Positions 18,086 to 26,874 of a stretch of 35,296 nt of DNA are shown in pieces. Source of the DNA: a virus (lineage: Duplodnaviria; Caudoviricetes); IMG/VR virus record IMGVR_UViG_3300020045_018213, positions 1-35,296 of that record, one strand, 5' to 3'. The number at the start of each line of letters is the position of its first letter. The stretch's first letter is position 1. Under the pieces are notes generated by a model that saw only the letters and a program-made list of their open reading frames with translations, was not told where the DNA came from and searched no databases. Made by a program: the position numbers and the translations under genes.

Positions 18086-18310
18086 ATGAAGCTAGTGAAT
18101 AAACTCACAGGCAATGAAGTGCTGGTAGGTCACAAGATCATGCTCAGCACTGGTAACGTCGTGACGGTAACGTCAATTCAGGAGCCGCGTCACGGCGGCT
18201 CGACTGGCCGGGTCTATGTCAAGTACCCAATCAGCAAAAATGAGATCGGCTTCTATCCTTCGGTAGTTGGCGCTCACTGGGTCGACCGCGAAGATCGGGA
18301 GCAATCATGA
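18086..18310 (+). CDS. Hypothetical protein (74 aa)
   Basis: TAAGGAG RBS; P.H..STGRVYV motif. Confidence 0.75.
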   Translation: MKLVNKLTGNEVLVGHKIMLSTGNVVTVTSIQEPRHGGSTGRVYVKYPISKNEIGFYPSVVGAHWVDREDREQS

Positions 18311-18882
18311 ACAACACACTGCTTCCTGATGAACTGGAAGAAGGTCTGCCCACGGGCGACGACAGCATGCTGCCAGCGGCTACCGCCGAGGAACTCGAAC
18401 TCGAAGACGACAGCGACGAAGCCATCACCGATCTGCTCGAAGAGCTGATGACTGCTGACGAGGAGGTTGACCCTCTCGACGCACTGCTTGAAGAGTCCCT
18501 CGAAACCGTCCGCGAGGCCAAGGAAGCCAAAGCTGCCCGCGAGCGTGCCAAGCGTGGTGGGCAGACCGCAGCCGAGCAAGCGGAGGACGCCGAGCGCATC
18601 CGTCGCTGGGAACTGGCCAACGAGTGGAAAGCTGTAGCGAACGTCGCAGTGTTCGACCGCCATGACTGCTCTTGCGGCCATGTCAGCCTGTCGTTCAGCC
18701 AGCTCATGACTCGCCAGCAGCATCGCCACCTGCGCGACAGCCAGCGCTGGCAAGCCACGGACAAGAATCTCGTGGACTTGCCCAGCGAGACCGTGTACCG
18801 CGAGCGCCATGTCAGGATGTGCACGAACTGCGCGCCGGTCCATGGCTTCAGCCTCACCGCCGCAACCATCTGGAAGGAATAA
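18307..18882 (+). CDS. Hypothetical protein with acidic N-terminus and Cys-containing C-terminus
   Basis: 191 aa; D/E-rich first ~70 aa; CxC and CxxC; ATGA overlap. Confidence 0.75.
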   Translation: MNNTLLPDELEEGLPTGDDSMLPAATAEELELEDDSDEAITDLLEELMTADEEVDPLDALLEESLETVREAKEAKAARERAKRGGQTAAEQAEDAERIRRWELANEWKAVANVAVFDRHDCSCGHVSLSFSQLMTRQQHRHLRDSQRWQATDKNLVDLPSETVYRERHVRMCTNCAPVHGFSLTAATIWKE

Positions 18883-18886
18883 TCAA

Positions 18887-19108
18887 ATGACCCCCAGCAT
18901 ACTCGGCCAGCACATGCTGCCAGATTCTCACAGCGATGCCAGCCTGCTCGCCTCCGAAAACCGCCTGCGGTTCAAGACCTGCAGGGACTGCCACAAGTCG
19001 CTCAACAGCCCGCATGCTGCCAAGACTCCCGCGGGCTGGCGCGAGACCCAGATCTCCGGCATGTGCGAGCCTTGTTTTGACGCCCTGTTTGAGGAGCCGG
19101 AAGCATGA
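18887..19108 (+). CDS. Small zinc-binding protein
   Basis: CRDC...RETQISGMCEPCFD; AAGGA RBS. Confidence 0.7.
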   Translation: MTPSILGQHMLPDSHSDASLLASENRLRFKTCRDCHKSLNSPHAAKTPAGWRETQISGMCEPCFDALFEEPEA

Positions 19109-19293
19109 TCGCCGAAGACTACTCCACACGTCGCTTCCCACGCACGCTCGAAGAGGCCTTCGGGCCTTACCAGCGCCAAGGGCTTGTCGAAGTCAACCAG
19201 CCCCTCGAACCCGCCCGCATTGCTCTTGGCGCCGCATACGCGCTGGCCTTCGCAATGCTCCTTGCAATCCTTTTTGGAGTCATACCATCATGA
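19105..19293 (+). CDS. Small membrane protein
   Basis: TRRFPRTLEEAFG followed by a hydrophobic helix; GAGGAG RBS. Confidence 0.7.
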   Translation: MIAEDYSTRRFPRTLEEAFGPYQRQGLVEVNQPLEPARIALGAAYALAFAMLLAILFGVIPS

Positions 19294-19487
19294 AACTAAC
19301 CAAGCTCCTTTCACAGCATCGCTACGACTTCACGGCTCTTATGGTGTGCGAACACTGCGGGACGGAAGAAAAGCTCACAATTGGTTACGATGACCTTTAT
19401 TACCACGAACAAGTGATCCCAGGGTTTTACTGCCCCGCCTGCGGGCGCAACCGTGCTGGAGAGCAGAGGCCGGGAGAAGCATCATGA
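19290..19487 (+). CDS. Small zinc-ribbon protein
   Basis: MKLTK...RYDFTA..VCEHCG...GYDD.YYH..VIP...CPACG; ATGA overlap. Confidence 0.7.
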   Translation: MKLTKLLSQHRYDFTALMVCEHCGTEEKLTIGYDDLYYHEQVIPGFYCPACGRNRAGEQRPGEAS

Positions 19488-19702
19488 GAGACTACAACTC
19501 TTTCCACGCTGTCGATACCAGCAAGCTTGCTGAGGATGATGGATGCTCCGTCGGCGACTGCTGTCTGCCGATCCAGTACGCCGAGGGCGAAGAAGATCTC
19601 TGGACCCCTGTACCATTCCACCAGTGGTTTCCAATGCTCATTGCCGGTGTACTGGCACTGGCTGCTGACGTTGCCCTTTTGTTCTACCTTGGAGCTTTCT
19701 AA
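19484..19702 (+). CDS. Small membrane protein
   Basis: 72 aa with hydrophobic C-terminal helix; GGAG RBS. Confidence 0.6.
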   Translation: MRDYNSFHAVDTSKLAEDDGCSVGDCCLPIQYAEGEEDLWTPVPFHQWFPMLIAGVLALAADVALLFYLGAF

Positions 19703-19704
19703 CC

Positions 19705-20040
19705 ATGCCACGCCCACGCAAGACCGATCGACCGATCGAAAAAAATATCTCCTTGCCGACGAGTACCGTCGCGCGAGTGGAGCTGGAACTGTTCAGCGAA
19801 CTGGAGGGGAAAGTCCCCTTCGGCGCGTGGCAGAAGTTCCTCGTCGGGCTGATTGATCAGCACTTCTCCCGCCTTGAACGGCAAGCTGCGCTGGAAAAAG
19901 CGCTTAACGAACTCCACGACCATGGAGATCAAGAACGCGCGCACCTTGTGGCTGATATGCTTCTACTCGAAGCTCTCAAAGCCGAAGGCTATCATCGAGC
20001 GGAAAATGCTTTTGATGGCGTGCCTAAGTGGTATGCTTGA
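19705..20040 (+). CDS. Putative DNA-binding protein (ribbon-helix-helix-like)
   Basis: Basic MPRPRK arm, alternating strand KNISLP, then two predicted helices. Confidence 0.5.
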   Translation: MPRPRKTDRPIEKNISLPTSTVARVELELFSELEGKVPFGAWQKFLVGLIDQHFSRLERQAALEKALNELHDHGDQERAHLVADMLLLEALKAEGYHRAENAFDGVPKWYA

Positions 20041-20077
20041 TAGTCGCCGGCCCCACTAACCCTCAATAAAACACACC

Positions 20078-20488
20078 ATGCACACAGCACCTATCCACTA
20101 CCTTGCCGGTCCTTACACCAGCAGCAGTTCAACCGTCCGCAACATGCGAGAGCATGGCCTGACCATCGCCGCTGCCCGCCTGATGGATGAAGGCAAGACA
20201 GTCTTCTCCCCCATCACTCATGGGCATCAGATCAGCTACCATCTGTCTACGCCAGACGATCACCAGTTCTGGATGCGGCAGTGCCTGCCATTGCTTCATG
20301 CTGCACAAGAGCTAGTCGTGCTGCCAACAGCTGCTTGGCGAGAAAGCCTTGGGCTGCGGAAAGAGCTTGCTTTTTTCGCCGAACAAAAGCGGCCGATCAG
20401 CTTCATCCAGTGGGCTGATTTCCCTTACTACCTTGACACGCTCGATGAAGATGCAATTGCCCAAAACAACTGGAAGCTCCACAAATGA
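20078..20488 (+). CDS. Nucleoside 2-deoxyribosyltransferase-like protein (DUF1937/DUF4406 type)
   Basis: YLAGPYT...VFSPITHGH...WM..CL.LL...LVVL...WRES.G...E motif series. Confidence 0.7.
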   Translation: MHTAPIHYLAGPYTSSSSTVRNMREHGLTIAAARLMDEGKTVFSPITHGHQISYHLSTPDDHQFWMRQCLPLLHAAQELVVLPTAAWRESLGLRKELAFFAEQKRPISFIQWADFPYYLDTLDEDAIAQNNWKLHK

Positions 20489-20685
20489 CAACCAGCATGT
20501 GGAACCCCTACCCAGGGGTACCTAACCCAAGTCTAGTGCAAGTTGCCGAGTATGTGAATGCTGCGAGCACCCCCGAGGAGCGGGTTAAACGCAAGCAGCA
20601 GGTATTCGGTTTCGTCTACTCAGCAGATCCGAAAAAAATCAGCGGTTTTATCAACTACTTACAGAGAAGCAATAAACAGCTATGA
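20485..20685 (+). CDS. Hypothetical protein (66 aa)
   Basis: ATGA overlaps at both ends. Confidence 0.6.
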   Translation: MTTSMWNPYPGVPNPSLVQVAEYVNAASTPEERVKRKQQVFGFVYSADPKKISGFINYLQRSNKQL

Positions 20686-21941
20686 CTAAACCACTTTTCC
20701 AGGAGCAATCCGAGGCACTCGACTCCATCATCACTTGGCTTGGAAGCGACGAGCCCTTTTTTGTCTTGTCCGGCGGTGCTGGCACCGGCAAAACCTTCTG
20801 CGTGCGTGAACTCGTCAACCGCACCAAAGGCCGCTTTGTCTTCACCGCACCAACGAACAAGGCTACGAAGGAACTTCGCAGCAGCGTGACGACGGTCGAC
20901 TACAAGCCGGAGTGCCGGACGATCTTTTCCTTACTCGGCCTGCGGCTCGAAGCCTCGGGGGAGATTAAAGAACTCACCGCGCCAGAAGATCCGCTGGACC
21001 TGTCAGCCTACAAGGCTGTCGTGGTCGATGAAAGCTCGATGAATTCGAGCAAGCTCATGGGCTTCATCCGGCATGCACAGGAAACCTACGGCGTCAAGTT
21101 CCTGTTCATGGGAGATGATGCGCAGCTGCCTCCGGTTGGGGAGATAACCAGTCCCGTCTGGAAAATCGAAAACGGCTTTCAGTTAAAAACCGTCCGCCGT
21201 CACGACAACCAGATCCTGGAACTCGTCACACGCATCCGCGCTGTTGTCAATCACCCAGCACCAAACATCAAGCTGCTCGACAACCACGACGACGAGCAAG
21301 GTGTCTGGAAACTCACACAGCCGCAGTTCCTTGCCACCATCGCCGAGCACGCAGAGTCTGGCGGCTTCTCCCAACCCTCCGGAAGCAAAGCAATCGCGTG
21401 GCGCAATGTGACTGTCGACAGTCTGAACAAGTTCATCCGCAGCCACATCTTCCCCGATGTCACCGATCCCTGGGTCGCTGGCGACCGTGTCATCTTCACC
21501 GCCCCTGCCAAAGACCTTGACGACCAGACCGTCGCCACTACCGACGACGAGGGGCTTGTCGAACGGGTCGAAACCGAGTACCATGCCCTTTATGGCGAAT
21601 TCAAAATACACCGCATCTCCATCACGCTTGACACGAACGCGACTGTCGTGGCACGCGTACTGCACCCAGACAGTCAGCTCCGCTACGCCCAGCGTGTCGA
21701 AGAACTCTCCGCCGCCGCGCGGACGAACTCCCGCAAGTGGAAAGACTTCTGGGCCTTCAAGGAAGCATTCCACAGCCTTCGGCACGCTTATGCTATCACC
21801 GCCCACCGTGCGCAAGGTTCTACTTACGACTGCGCTTTCGTGGACTGGCGGGACGTGCTGCTGAACCGCAACCGGCAGGAAGCATTCCGCTGCCTCTACG
21901 TGGCGTGTTCGCGCCCGAAGAGAGCGCTCGTTTTGAACTAA
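20682..21941 (+). CDS. SF1B DNA helicase, Dda/RecD-like
   Basis: GGAGTGKT, APTNKA, VVDESSM, GDDAQLPPV, YAITAHRAQGSTYD, LYVACSRP. Confidence 0.92.
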   Translation: MTKPLFQEQSEALDSIITWLGSDEPFFVLSGGAGTGKTFCVRELVNRTKGRFVFTAPTNKATKELRSSVTTVDYKPECRTIFSLLGLRLEASGEIKELTAPEDPLDLSAYKAVVVDESSMNSSKLMGFIRHAQETYGVKFLFMGDDAQLPPVGEITSPVWKIENGFQLKTVRRHDNQILELVTRIRAVVNHPAPNIKLLDNHDDEQGVWKLTQPQFLATIAEHAESGGFSQPSGSKAIAWRNVTVDSLNKFIRSHIFPDVTDPWVAGDRVIFTAPAKDLDDQTVATTDDEGLVERVETEYHALYGEFKIHRISITLDTNATVVARVLHPDSQLRYAQRVEELSAAARTNSRKWKDFWAFKEAFHSLRHAYAITAHRAQGSTYDCAFVDWRDVLLNRNRQEAFRCLYVACSRPKRALVLN

Positions 21942-21957
21942 ACTGACCGCTTGTGTG

Positions 21958-21993
21958 TTGACACCTGGGGATTACCCGGTGATAATACATGGG
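21958..21993 (+). promoter_or_regulatory. Sigma70-type promoter TTGACA-17-GATAAT overlapped by palindrome copy 6 (21964-21993)
   Basis: CCTGGGGATTA-cccggtga-TAATACATGGG in the same register as at 17775. Confidence 0.85.
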
Positions 21994-22018
21994 TGTTTCA
22001 ACTTAACTGGAGTCCTTT

Positions 22019-22126
22019 ATGCAATCCCCTCCCTTCCGCAAGCGCTTCCTCCCCGCGATGATCGCGCAGATCTGGTCTGTCCGACACACGCCGCAGATGT
22101 TGTCTTGGCTCTCCCGCCCACGCTAA
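22019..22126 (+). CDS. Small basic peptide (35 aa)
   Basis: GGAG RBS, first ORF after the promoter: MQSPPFRKRFLPAMIAQIWSVRHTPQMLSWLSRPR. Confidence 0.5.
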   Translation: MQSPPFRKRFLPAMIAQIWSVRHTPQMLSWLSRPR

Positions 22127-22135
22127 GGAACCATC

Positions 22136-22363
22136 ATGGCCGCACAATCACCTGAACTGCAGATGAAGGTCCAGCAATGGAGGCAAAAAGCCCGCGATGG
22201 AACGCTGACTCAAGCCGAAATGAGCGAGGCCGTGGCCGCCTTGCGCACGGATCGTGGGGCGACGCCACAGGCAACCGCGGGCAGCCGTGTGTCTGCTGGT
22301 CGCAAGGCCGCCGCGAAGAAGCCGAACGGCGATGATTTGTTGAGTGAACTGGAGGGGATGTAA
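22136..22363 (+). CDS. Hypothetical protein (75 aa) ending DDLLSELEGM
   Basis: TAAGGA RBS. Confidence 0.75.
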   Translation: MAAQSPELQMKVQQWRQKARDGTLTQAEMSEAVAALRTDRGATPQATAGSRVSAGRKAAAKKPNGDDLLSELEGM

Positions 22364-22364
22364 C

Positions 22365-22616
22365 ATGGCTACCAAACGAACTGCGCAAGCGAAGGCAACA
22401 GCTGCCCCCTCGCTAGCACTCACAAACTGCAGCTCCATAGCCGAGGCAGCTAAGATGCTGCCAGAGCAGGTAGGGGCTTTGGCAGAACTTGCCCGTGCCT
22501 CGACCGCGCACGTCAAGGCTATCGAAGCTATTGCAGCTGCTTTGAAAGGGTCGGGCGGTACGATAAACGGTAACGGGATTCAGGTGGCCGGTTGTCACTT
22601 TAACAGGCAGGAGTAA
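22365..22616 (+). CDS. Hypothetical protein
   Basis: ATG at 22365 with GGAGG RBS. Confidence 0.65.
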   Translation: MATKRTAQAKATAAPSLALTNCSSIAEAAKMLPEQVGALAELARASTAHVKAIEAIAAALKGSGGTINGNGIQVAGCHFNRQE

Positions 22617-22619
22617 GGT

Positions 22620-22997
22620 ATGACCGAACAAACCAAGGCCGAGAAGCTGGCGGCTGAGCTTACTTATAGCTTCGGTAGAAATCCCACAGTAGTACGCGCA
22701 GAAGCCGCCGCCGAGTTGCGCCGCCTGTCACCGATGGAGGGCATGTTGCGCGGTGCGTTGTCGGCACTGACAGAAATAGAAATAGAGGTTTCTGCACTGC
22801 GTGCTGAGTGCGAAGCGCTGCGGAAGGATGCGAATAGGTATGCAAAGGCCAGGCACTTCATTGGGGCATCAAAAGCAAACGGAAGTCAGTTCTTCCATCT
22901 TCAAACTTTGCGACCGCTAGGAAACATCATGAAAGGTTCCGTTGCACAACATTTTGATGTTGCCATCGACGCAGCAATGGGAGAAAAGCATGAATGA
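22620..22997 (+). CDS. Hypothetical protein with coiled coil (Ea22-like mosaic type)
   Basis: AAAELRRL...ECEALRKDANRY...IDAAM pattern typical of phage accessory genes. Confidence 0.65.
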   Translation: MTEQTKAEKLAAELTYSFGRNPTVVRAEAAAELRRLSPMEGMLRGALSALTEIEIEVSALRAECEALRKDANRYAKARHFIGASKANGSQFFHLQTLRPLGNIMKGSVAQHFDVAIDAAMGEKHE

Positions 22998-23844
22998 GCA
23001 GGTCGAGCGCGAAGCGTTTGAAGCAGCTTTTCCGATTCCTGAATGCATGGTCATGTGGGATGGAGCGGCTTACATCCCGGAAAAAAGATTCATAGATTCG
23101 TATCGGGCAGACAGGTACTGCGGCCAGTGGTTGGCATGGAAAGCACGAGCAGCCATCCAGGCTCTCGCACCTGCGCCTGCTGTGCCGGATGATTCGGCTG
23201 TGGTACCGCGTGACTTTGTTCGTGCTCTCGGAACACTGGTCCACAACTACAGCCTAAGAGCAGAGCCAGCAGGCCATTACTCAGGAGTTGAGCGCGATGC
23301 TTTTGCCGCCGCTTACCGTGAGTGTGGCAGAGCACTTGCCGGTGTTTGGGCCATGCTCTCAGCAGCACCCCAGCCAGCCCAGCAGGCAGCGCACCCTGAT
23401 GATGAAGCTGTCGACCACTTCGCAGCAGCCATGAAACAAAAACTGGCACTGGCCCGCACAAAGGGCCGTGGCGGATGGCAGACGTGCGGCAAGGACGACC
23501 TTAGCCGGATGCTGCGCGAGCACGTTGAGAAAGGTGATCCGCGCGACGTGGCGAACTTCTGCATGTTCTTGTGGTCGCTTGGTCACGGCATCGCGCAGCA
23601 AGGGCCAGCGGGAGAGGCTGTCTATCAATACCAACTTCACGACAAGGCTTGGATTGACCAGACGGAAGATAGCTACAGATACAACTTGTCTCTAGGCTCT
23701 GCAACTGTTCGTGTTCTTTACACCCGCCCACAGCAGCCGCTGACTGAAGAGCAGGTTGATGCCGCTATAGGCTTCAGCAACCCACATTCACGATACAGCT
23801 TCGCCCACGCAATCGAGCGTGCGCACAAGATCGGAGTAAAATAA
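22990..23844 (+). CDS. Mosaic phage accessory protein
   Basis: EREAFEA N-terminus; HPDD.AVD.FA.AMK.KL..AR.KGRGGW...KGDPRDVANFCMFL domain; AIERAH.I end. Confidence 0.7.
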   Translation: MNEQVEREAFEAAFPIPECMVMWDGAAYIPEKRFIDSYRADRYCGQWLAWKARAAIQALAPAPAVPDDSAVVPRDFVRALGTLVHNYSLRAEPAGHYSGVERDAFAAAYRECGRALAGVWAMLSAAPQPAQQAAHPDDEAVDHFAAAMKQKLALARTKGRGGWQTCGKDDLSRMLREHVEKGDPRDVANFCMFLWSLGHGIAQQGPAGEAVYQYQLHDKAWIDQTEDSYRYNLSLGSATVRVLYTRPQQPLTEEQVDAAIGFSNPHSRYSFAHAIERAHKIGVK

Positions 23845-24041
23845 TGTTCGGACTAACCAAAAGAGAGCAGCGCTGGAAGGCAGAGCAAAAAGTTGCCGAG
23901 GCCCTGATCCCGCTGCTTTCAGCAACCATCAAAGCAGCAGCCGACATTCGGGTGGCCGAGGCTAACGAAGAGATCGCACGGCTTCGCGCGGAAGTAGCCA
24001 GGCTAACCGCAACTGCCCCAGCACCTGACACAAAAGTCTAG
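23844..24041 (+). CDS. Small coiled-coil protein
   Basis: 65 aa, TAATG overlap, GGAG RBS. Confidence 0.6.
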   Translation: MFGLTKREQRWKAEQKVAEALIPLLSATIKAAADIRVAEANEEIARLRAEVARLTATAPAPDTKV

Positions 24042-24111
24042 CCCCTTTAGGGATTCTCCCAGAGTCCCTAACAGGCTACGCTTGGTAGCGCATACCACTG
24101 GAGATTTTCAC

Positions 24112-24531
24112 ATGGCACGATTGACCCTTTCTGAACAAGTCAATGCTCAGGCTTCCCGCATTGCAGAATTGACGGCGGACTTGCACGCCGTTTCACAGGA
24201 ACTCGCAACCACCCAAGGCAGCCTTTCGGCACAAGCGGCCGATGCACAGCGCATGCGCGCGCTGCTCGACGAAGTCCCCAAGCTCCGCGAGGACCTCGCC
24301 AAGCTCACCAAGGAGCGTGACGATGCGAAGCGCACCTACGAGTACCGTGACAAGGCTGCCGACAAAGCGGAAGGCGAGATCGAACAAGCCCACGCGGTCC
24401 TGGACGGTGTTGAGGGTGCTCCGACGCGGGACTACGAACTCGAGGGCAGCTACGGAAAGCGCCAGCGCAATGTCGTCACCCGGCTCGCCGGTGCTTTCTT
24501 GGCCATCGCGAAGAATGGCGGCACGAAATGA
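24112..24531 (+). CDS. Coiled-coil hypothetical protein
   Basis: ATG at 24112 with GGAG RBS. Confidence 0.7.
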   Translation: MARLTLSEQVNAQASRIAELTADLHAVSQELATTQGSLSAQAADAQRMRALLDEVPKLREDLAKLTKERDDAKRTYEYRDKAADKAEGEIEQAHAVLDGVEGAPTRDYELEGSYGKRQRNVVTRLAGAFLAIAKNGGTK

Positions 24532-25472
24532 CTGCTTCCAAACCCATGTTCCCCCACACCTTCGACAGCACCATGCTGGCCGCGTTTGCATCTTGCCCTC
24601 ACAAGATGTACCGCACCTACGTCGAGCACTGGAAGCCGAAGTCCGAATCCGTCCACCTCGTCGCCGGCGGGGCCTTTGCCAAGGGCATTGAGGTCGCACG
24701 CAAGGCGTTCTACGAAGAAGGCAAGTCCCGGCAAGACGCCGAGGGCGACGGCCTCGCTGCACTGCTGCTGGCCTACGGCGACTTCGAATGCCCGCCTGAC
24801 TCCGCCAAGTCCCTCGAACGCACTGCCGGCGCCCTGGAATTCTACTACGCCAACTACCCCTTCGGCGAGTGTGGCTTGACCCCGATCAAGTTCCCCGATG
24901 GTCGTTGGGCGATCGAGTTCTCCTTCGCCGAGCCTCTCGACATTGCCCATCCAGTTACCGGCGACCCGATCCTTTACACCGGCCGGCTGGACTGCATCGG
25001 GGACTTCGCCGGCGGCATCTACGGCGTTGACGAAAAGACCGCCTCCTCTCTCGGCGCCAGCTGGTCGAAGCAGTGGGAAATGCGCAGCCAGTTCACTGGC
25101 TACCAGTGGGCGGCCAACCGTGCAGGGGTCAATATGCAAGGCTCACTGGTCCGCGGTGTCAGCATCTTGAAAACCAAGTACGACACCCAACAGGCCATCA
25201 CCTACCGTTCCCCTTACGAGGTCGAGCGCTGGTACAAGCAGACCCTTCGTCACATCGAGCGAGCGATCGCTATGTGGAAAGACGGGTACTGGGACTTCGA
25301 CCTCAACCACGCTTGCGCCGAGTACGGTGGCTGCAACATGGTCACCATCTGCAAGTCGGCCACGCCGGAAGACTGGCTGCCGATGTACTTCGAGCGCCGG
25401 GTCTGGGACCCACTGGCGCGGCGGGAACTGTCGGTGGCTGAGTGGGAAGCGAGCTGGGGGCATCAATTATGA
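24528..25472 (+). CDS. PD-(D/E)XK exonuclease (RecB/Cas4-like)
   Basis: IEFSF...YTGRLDCI...VDEKT...QFTGY; Cys in SCP and C..YGGC...IC (possible Fe-S staple). Confidence 0.85.
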   Translation: MTASKPMFPHTFDSTMLAAFASCPHKMYRTYVEHWKPKSESVHLVAGGAFAKGIEVARKAFYEEGKSRQDAEGDGLAALLLAYGDFECPPDSAKSLERTAGALEFYYANYPFGECGLTPIKFPDGRWAIEFSFAEPLDIAHPVTGDPILYTGRLDCIGDFAGGIYGVDEKTASSLGASWSKQWEMRSQFTGYQWAANRAGVNMQGSLVRGVSILKTKYDTQQAITYRSPYEVERWYKQTLRHIERAIAMWKDGYWDFDLNHACAEYGGCNMVTICKSATPEDWLPMYFERRVWDPLARRELSVAEWEASWGHQL

Positions 25473-25666
25473 GACTCCTTCGCCTTACACGAACAAGTTT
25501 CAAGGGTTTTGAGCCTGTCTGGGTAAACCCTGGGCGGATCACGATGGTGACGCCAGGGCAACAGAACGGCGCTGTGGTGTGGTTCGGTAAGACAGAGGTT
25601 GCTGTGCAGGAAAGCCCTGAGCAAATTGCAGCCTTGGTCAAATCCGCCGACATTACCCCGGTATAA
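25469..25666 (+). CDS. Small FlbD/SwrD-like protein
   Basis: MRLLRLTR...VWVNPGRITMV...V.V.ESPEQIAAL resembles the FlbD pattern. Confidence 0.55.
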   Translation: MRLLRLTRTSFKGFEPVWVNPGRITMVTPGQQNGAVVWFGKTEVAVQESPEQIAALVKSADITPV

Positions 25667-25674
25667 CCCCCCGG
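25645..25674. repeat. Dispersed palindrome copy 7: CGCCGACATTA-ccccggta-TAACCCCCCGG
   Basis: Right arm matches consensus, left arm degenerate; straddles a stop codon. Confidence 0.65.
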
Positions 25675-25678
25675 ACCT

Positions 25679-26014
25679 ATGCGCCAGCACTTCTTCATTG
25701 AAGGCCGCTACCTCGGCAGTGCCTCCCGGAGCCCTTTCTTCCGCGAGCCGCTGCTGGGGCAGCTTCCCCTCAGCAAGCTCTTCTACTGCAGCCACTGCGG
25801 GGAAGTGTTTGCCAAGTGTCCTGTCGAATTAGTTGACAACTCGACTACCGCGTGGCAAGCTGTCTATGGGTGCTGTCGCAAATGTGAGCCTTTCGGCCTG
25901 CAAGTCCCGGGCAGTATCTGGCATTTCGAAGCCGAATTCACAGCAGCATTCCCCGATGCCGTGTTGCTGTGGGAAGTCAACAGGCATCTTGACAACTATC
26001 AGGAAACATCATGA
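25679..26014 (+). CDS. Cys-rich hypothetical protein
   Basis: 111 aa; CSHCGE and CCRKC. Confidence 0.65.
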   Translation: MRQHFFIEGRYLGSASRSPFFREPLLGQLPLSKLFYCSHCGEVFAKCPVELVDNSTTAWQAVYGCCRKCEPFGLQVPGSIWHFEAEFTAAFPDAVLLWEVNRHLDNYQETS

Positions 26015-26874
26015 GTTCCCCTCTCCCCGAATCCACTGCCCCTGCGGCAGCCTCCGCCCTTGCTGGCGTCAACGTCATGCTCATGGGACCAGCCGGCACT
26101 GGCAAAACCCACTCCATCGGCACGCTCGTCGACCAGGGCATCGAAGTCTTCTACGTCGGGCTCGAGCCCGGCCTCGAGTCTTTGTTGGGCTACTACACCG
26201 ATCGCGGCTTGCCGATTCCGCCCAACCTCCACTGGCACACCGTCGCAGCCCCGACCGCCTCCTTCACCGAGATGATCGACAACGCGAACAAGATCAACCA
26301 GTTCTCCCTCGAGTCCCTCGCCAAGATGGCCGACCCAAACAAGGGCAAGCACAACCAGTTCGTGACCTTGCTCAACGCTTTGAACGACTTTACCGACGAC
26401 CGCACGAAGCAGAAGTTCGGCGCCGTCAACTCCTGGTCCACCGACCGGGCGCTGGTGATCGACGGCCTGACAGGCATGTGCCGCTGTGCCATGTCCCTTG
26501 TCGTTGGCGGCAAGGCAGTCAAGTCGCAATCCGATTGGGGCATTGCCCAAGACACCGTCGAAAAGCTCGTCCGAATGCTCTGCGACAACTGCCGGTGCCA
26601 CTTCGTCTTGCTCGCCCACGTCGAACGCGAAACCGACCAGATCCTCGGTGGTGTGAAGTTGATGCCGTCGGCTCTGGGCAAGGCGCTGCCTCCGAAACTT
26701 CCGCCCATGTTCTCCGATGCAATCTTGACTGTCCGCGAAGGTTCGGCCTGGAAGTGGGACACCGCCTCCGCCATGGCCGACGTCAAGACCCGCAACCTTC
26801 CGATCAACGCGAACAACGCACCTTCGTTTGAACCAATCATCAAGAAGTGGAAAACCCGTGGCGGTGTCGTTTAA
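26011..26874 (+). CDS. AAA ATPase, Sak4-like (AAA_24 type)
   Basis: GPAGTGKT, LVIDGLT, DWG, VLLAH; sits between nuclease and SSB. Confidence 0.8.
   Translation: MSSPLPESTAPAAASALAGVNVMLMGPAGTGKTHSIGTLVDQGIEVFYVGLEPGLESLLGYYTDRGLPIPPNLHWHTVAAPTASFTEMIDNANKINQFSLESLAKMADPNKGKHNQFVTLLNALNDFTDDRTKQKFGAVNSWSTDRALVIDGLTGMCRCAMSLVVGGKAVKSQSDWGIAQDTVEKLVRMLCDNCRCHFVLLAHVERETDQILGGVKLMPSALGKALPPKLPPMFSDAILTVREGSAWKWDTASAMADVKTRNLPINANNAPSFEPIIKKWKTRGGVV

Noticed and set aside
24528-25472. Cas4 / CRISPR adaptation system
   Set aside because: No array or other cas genes; nuclease-Sak4-SSB context indicates a recombination module
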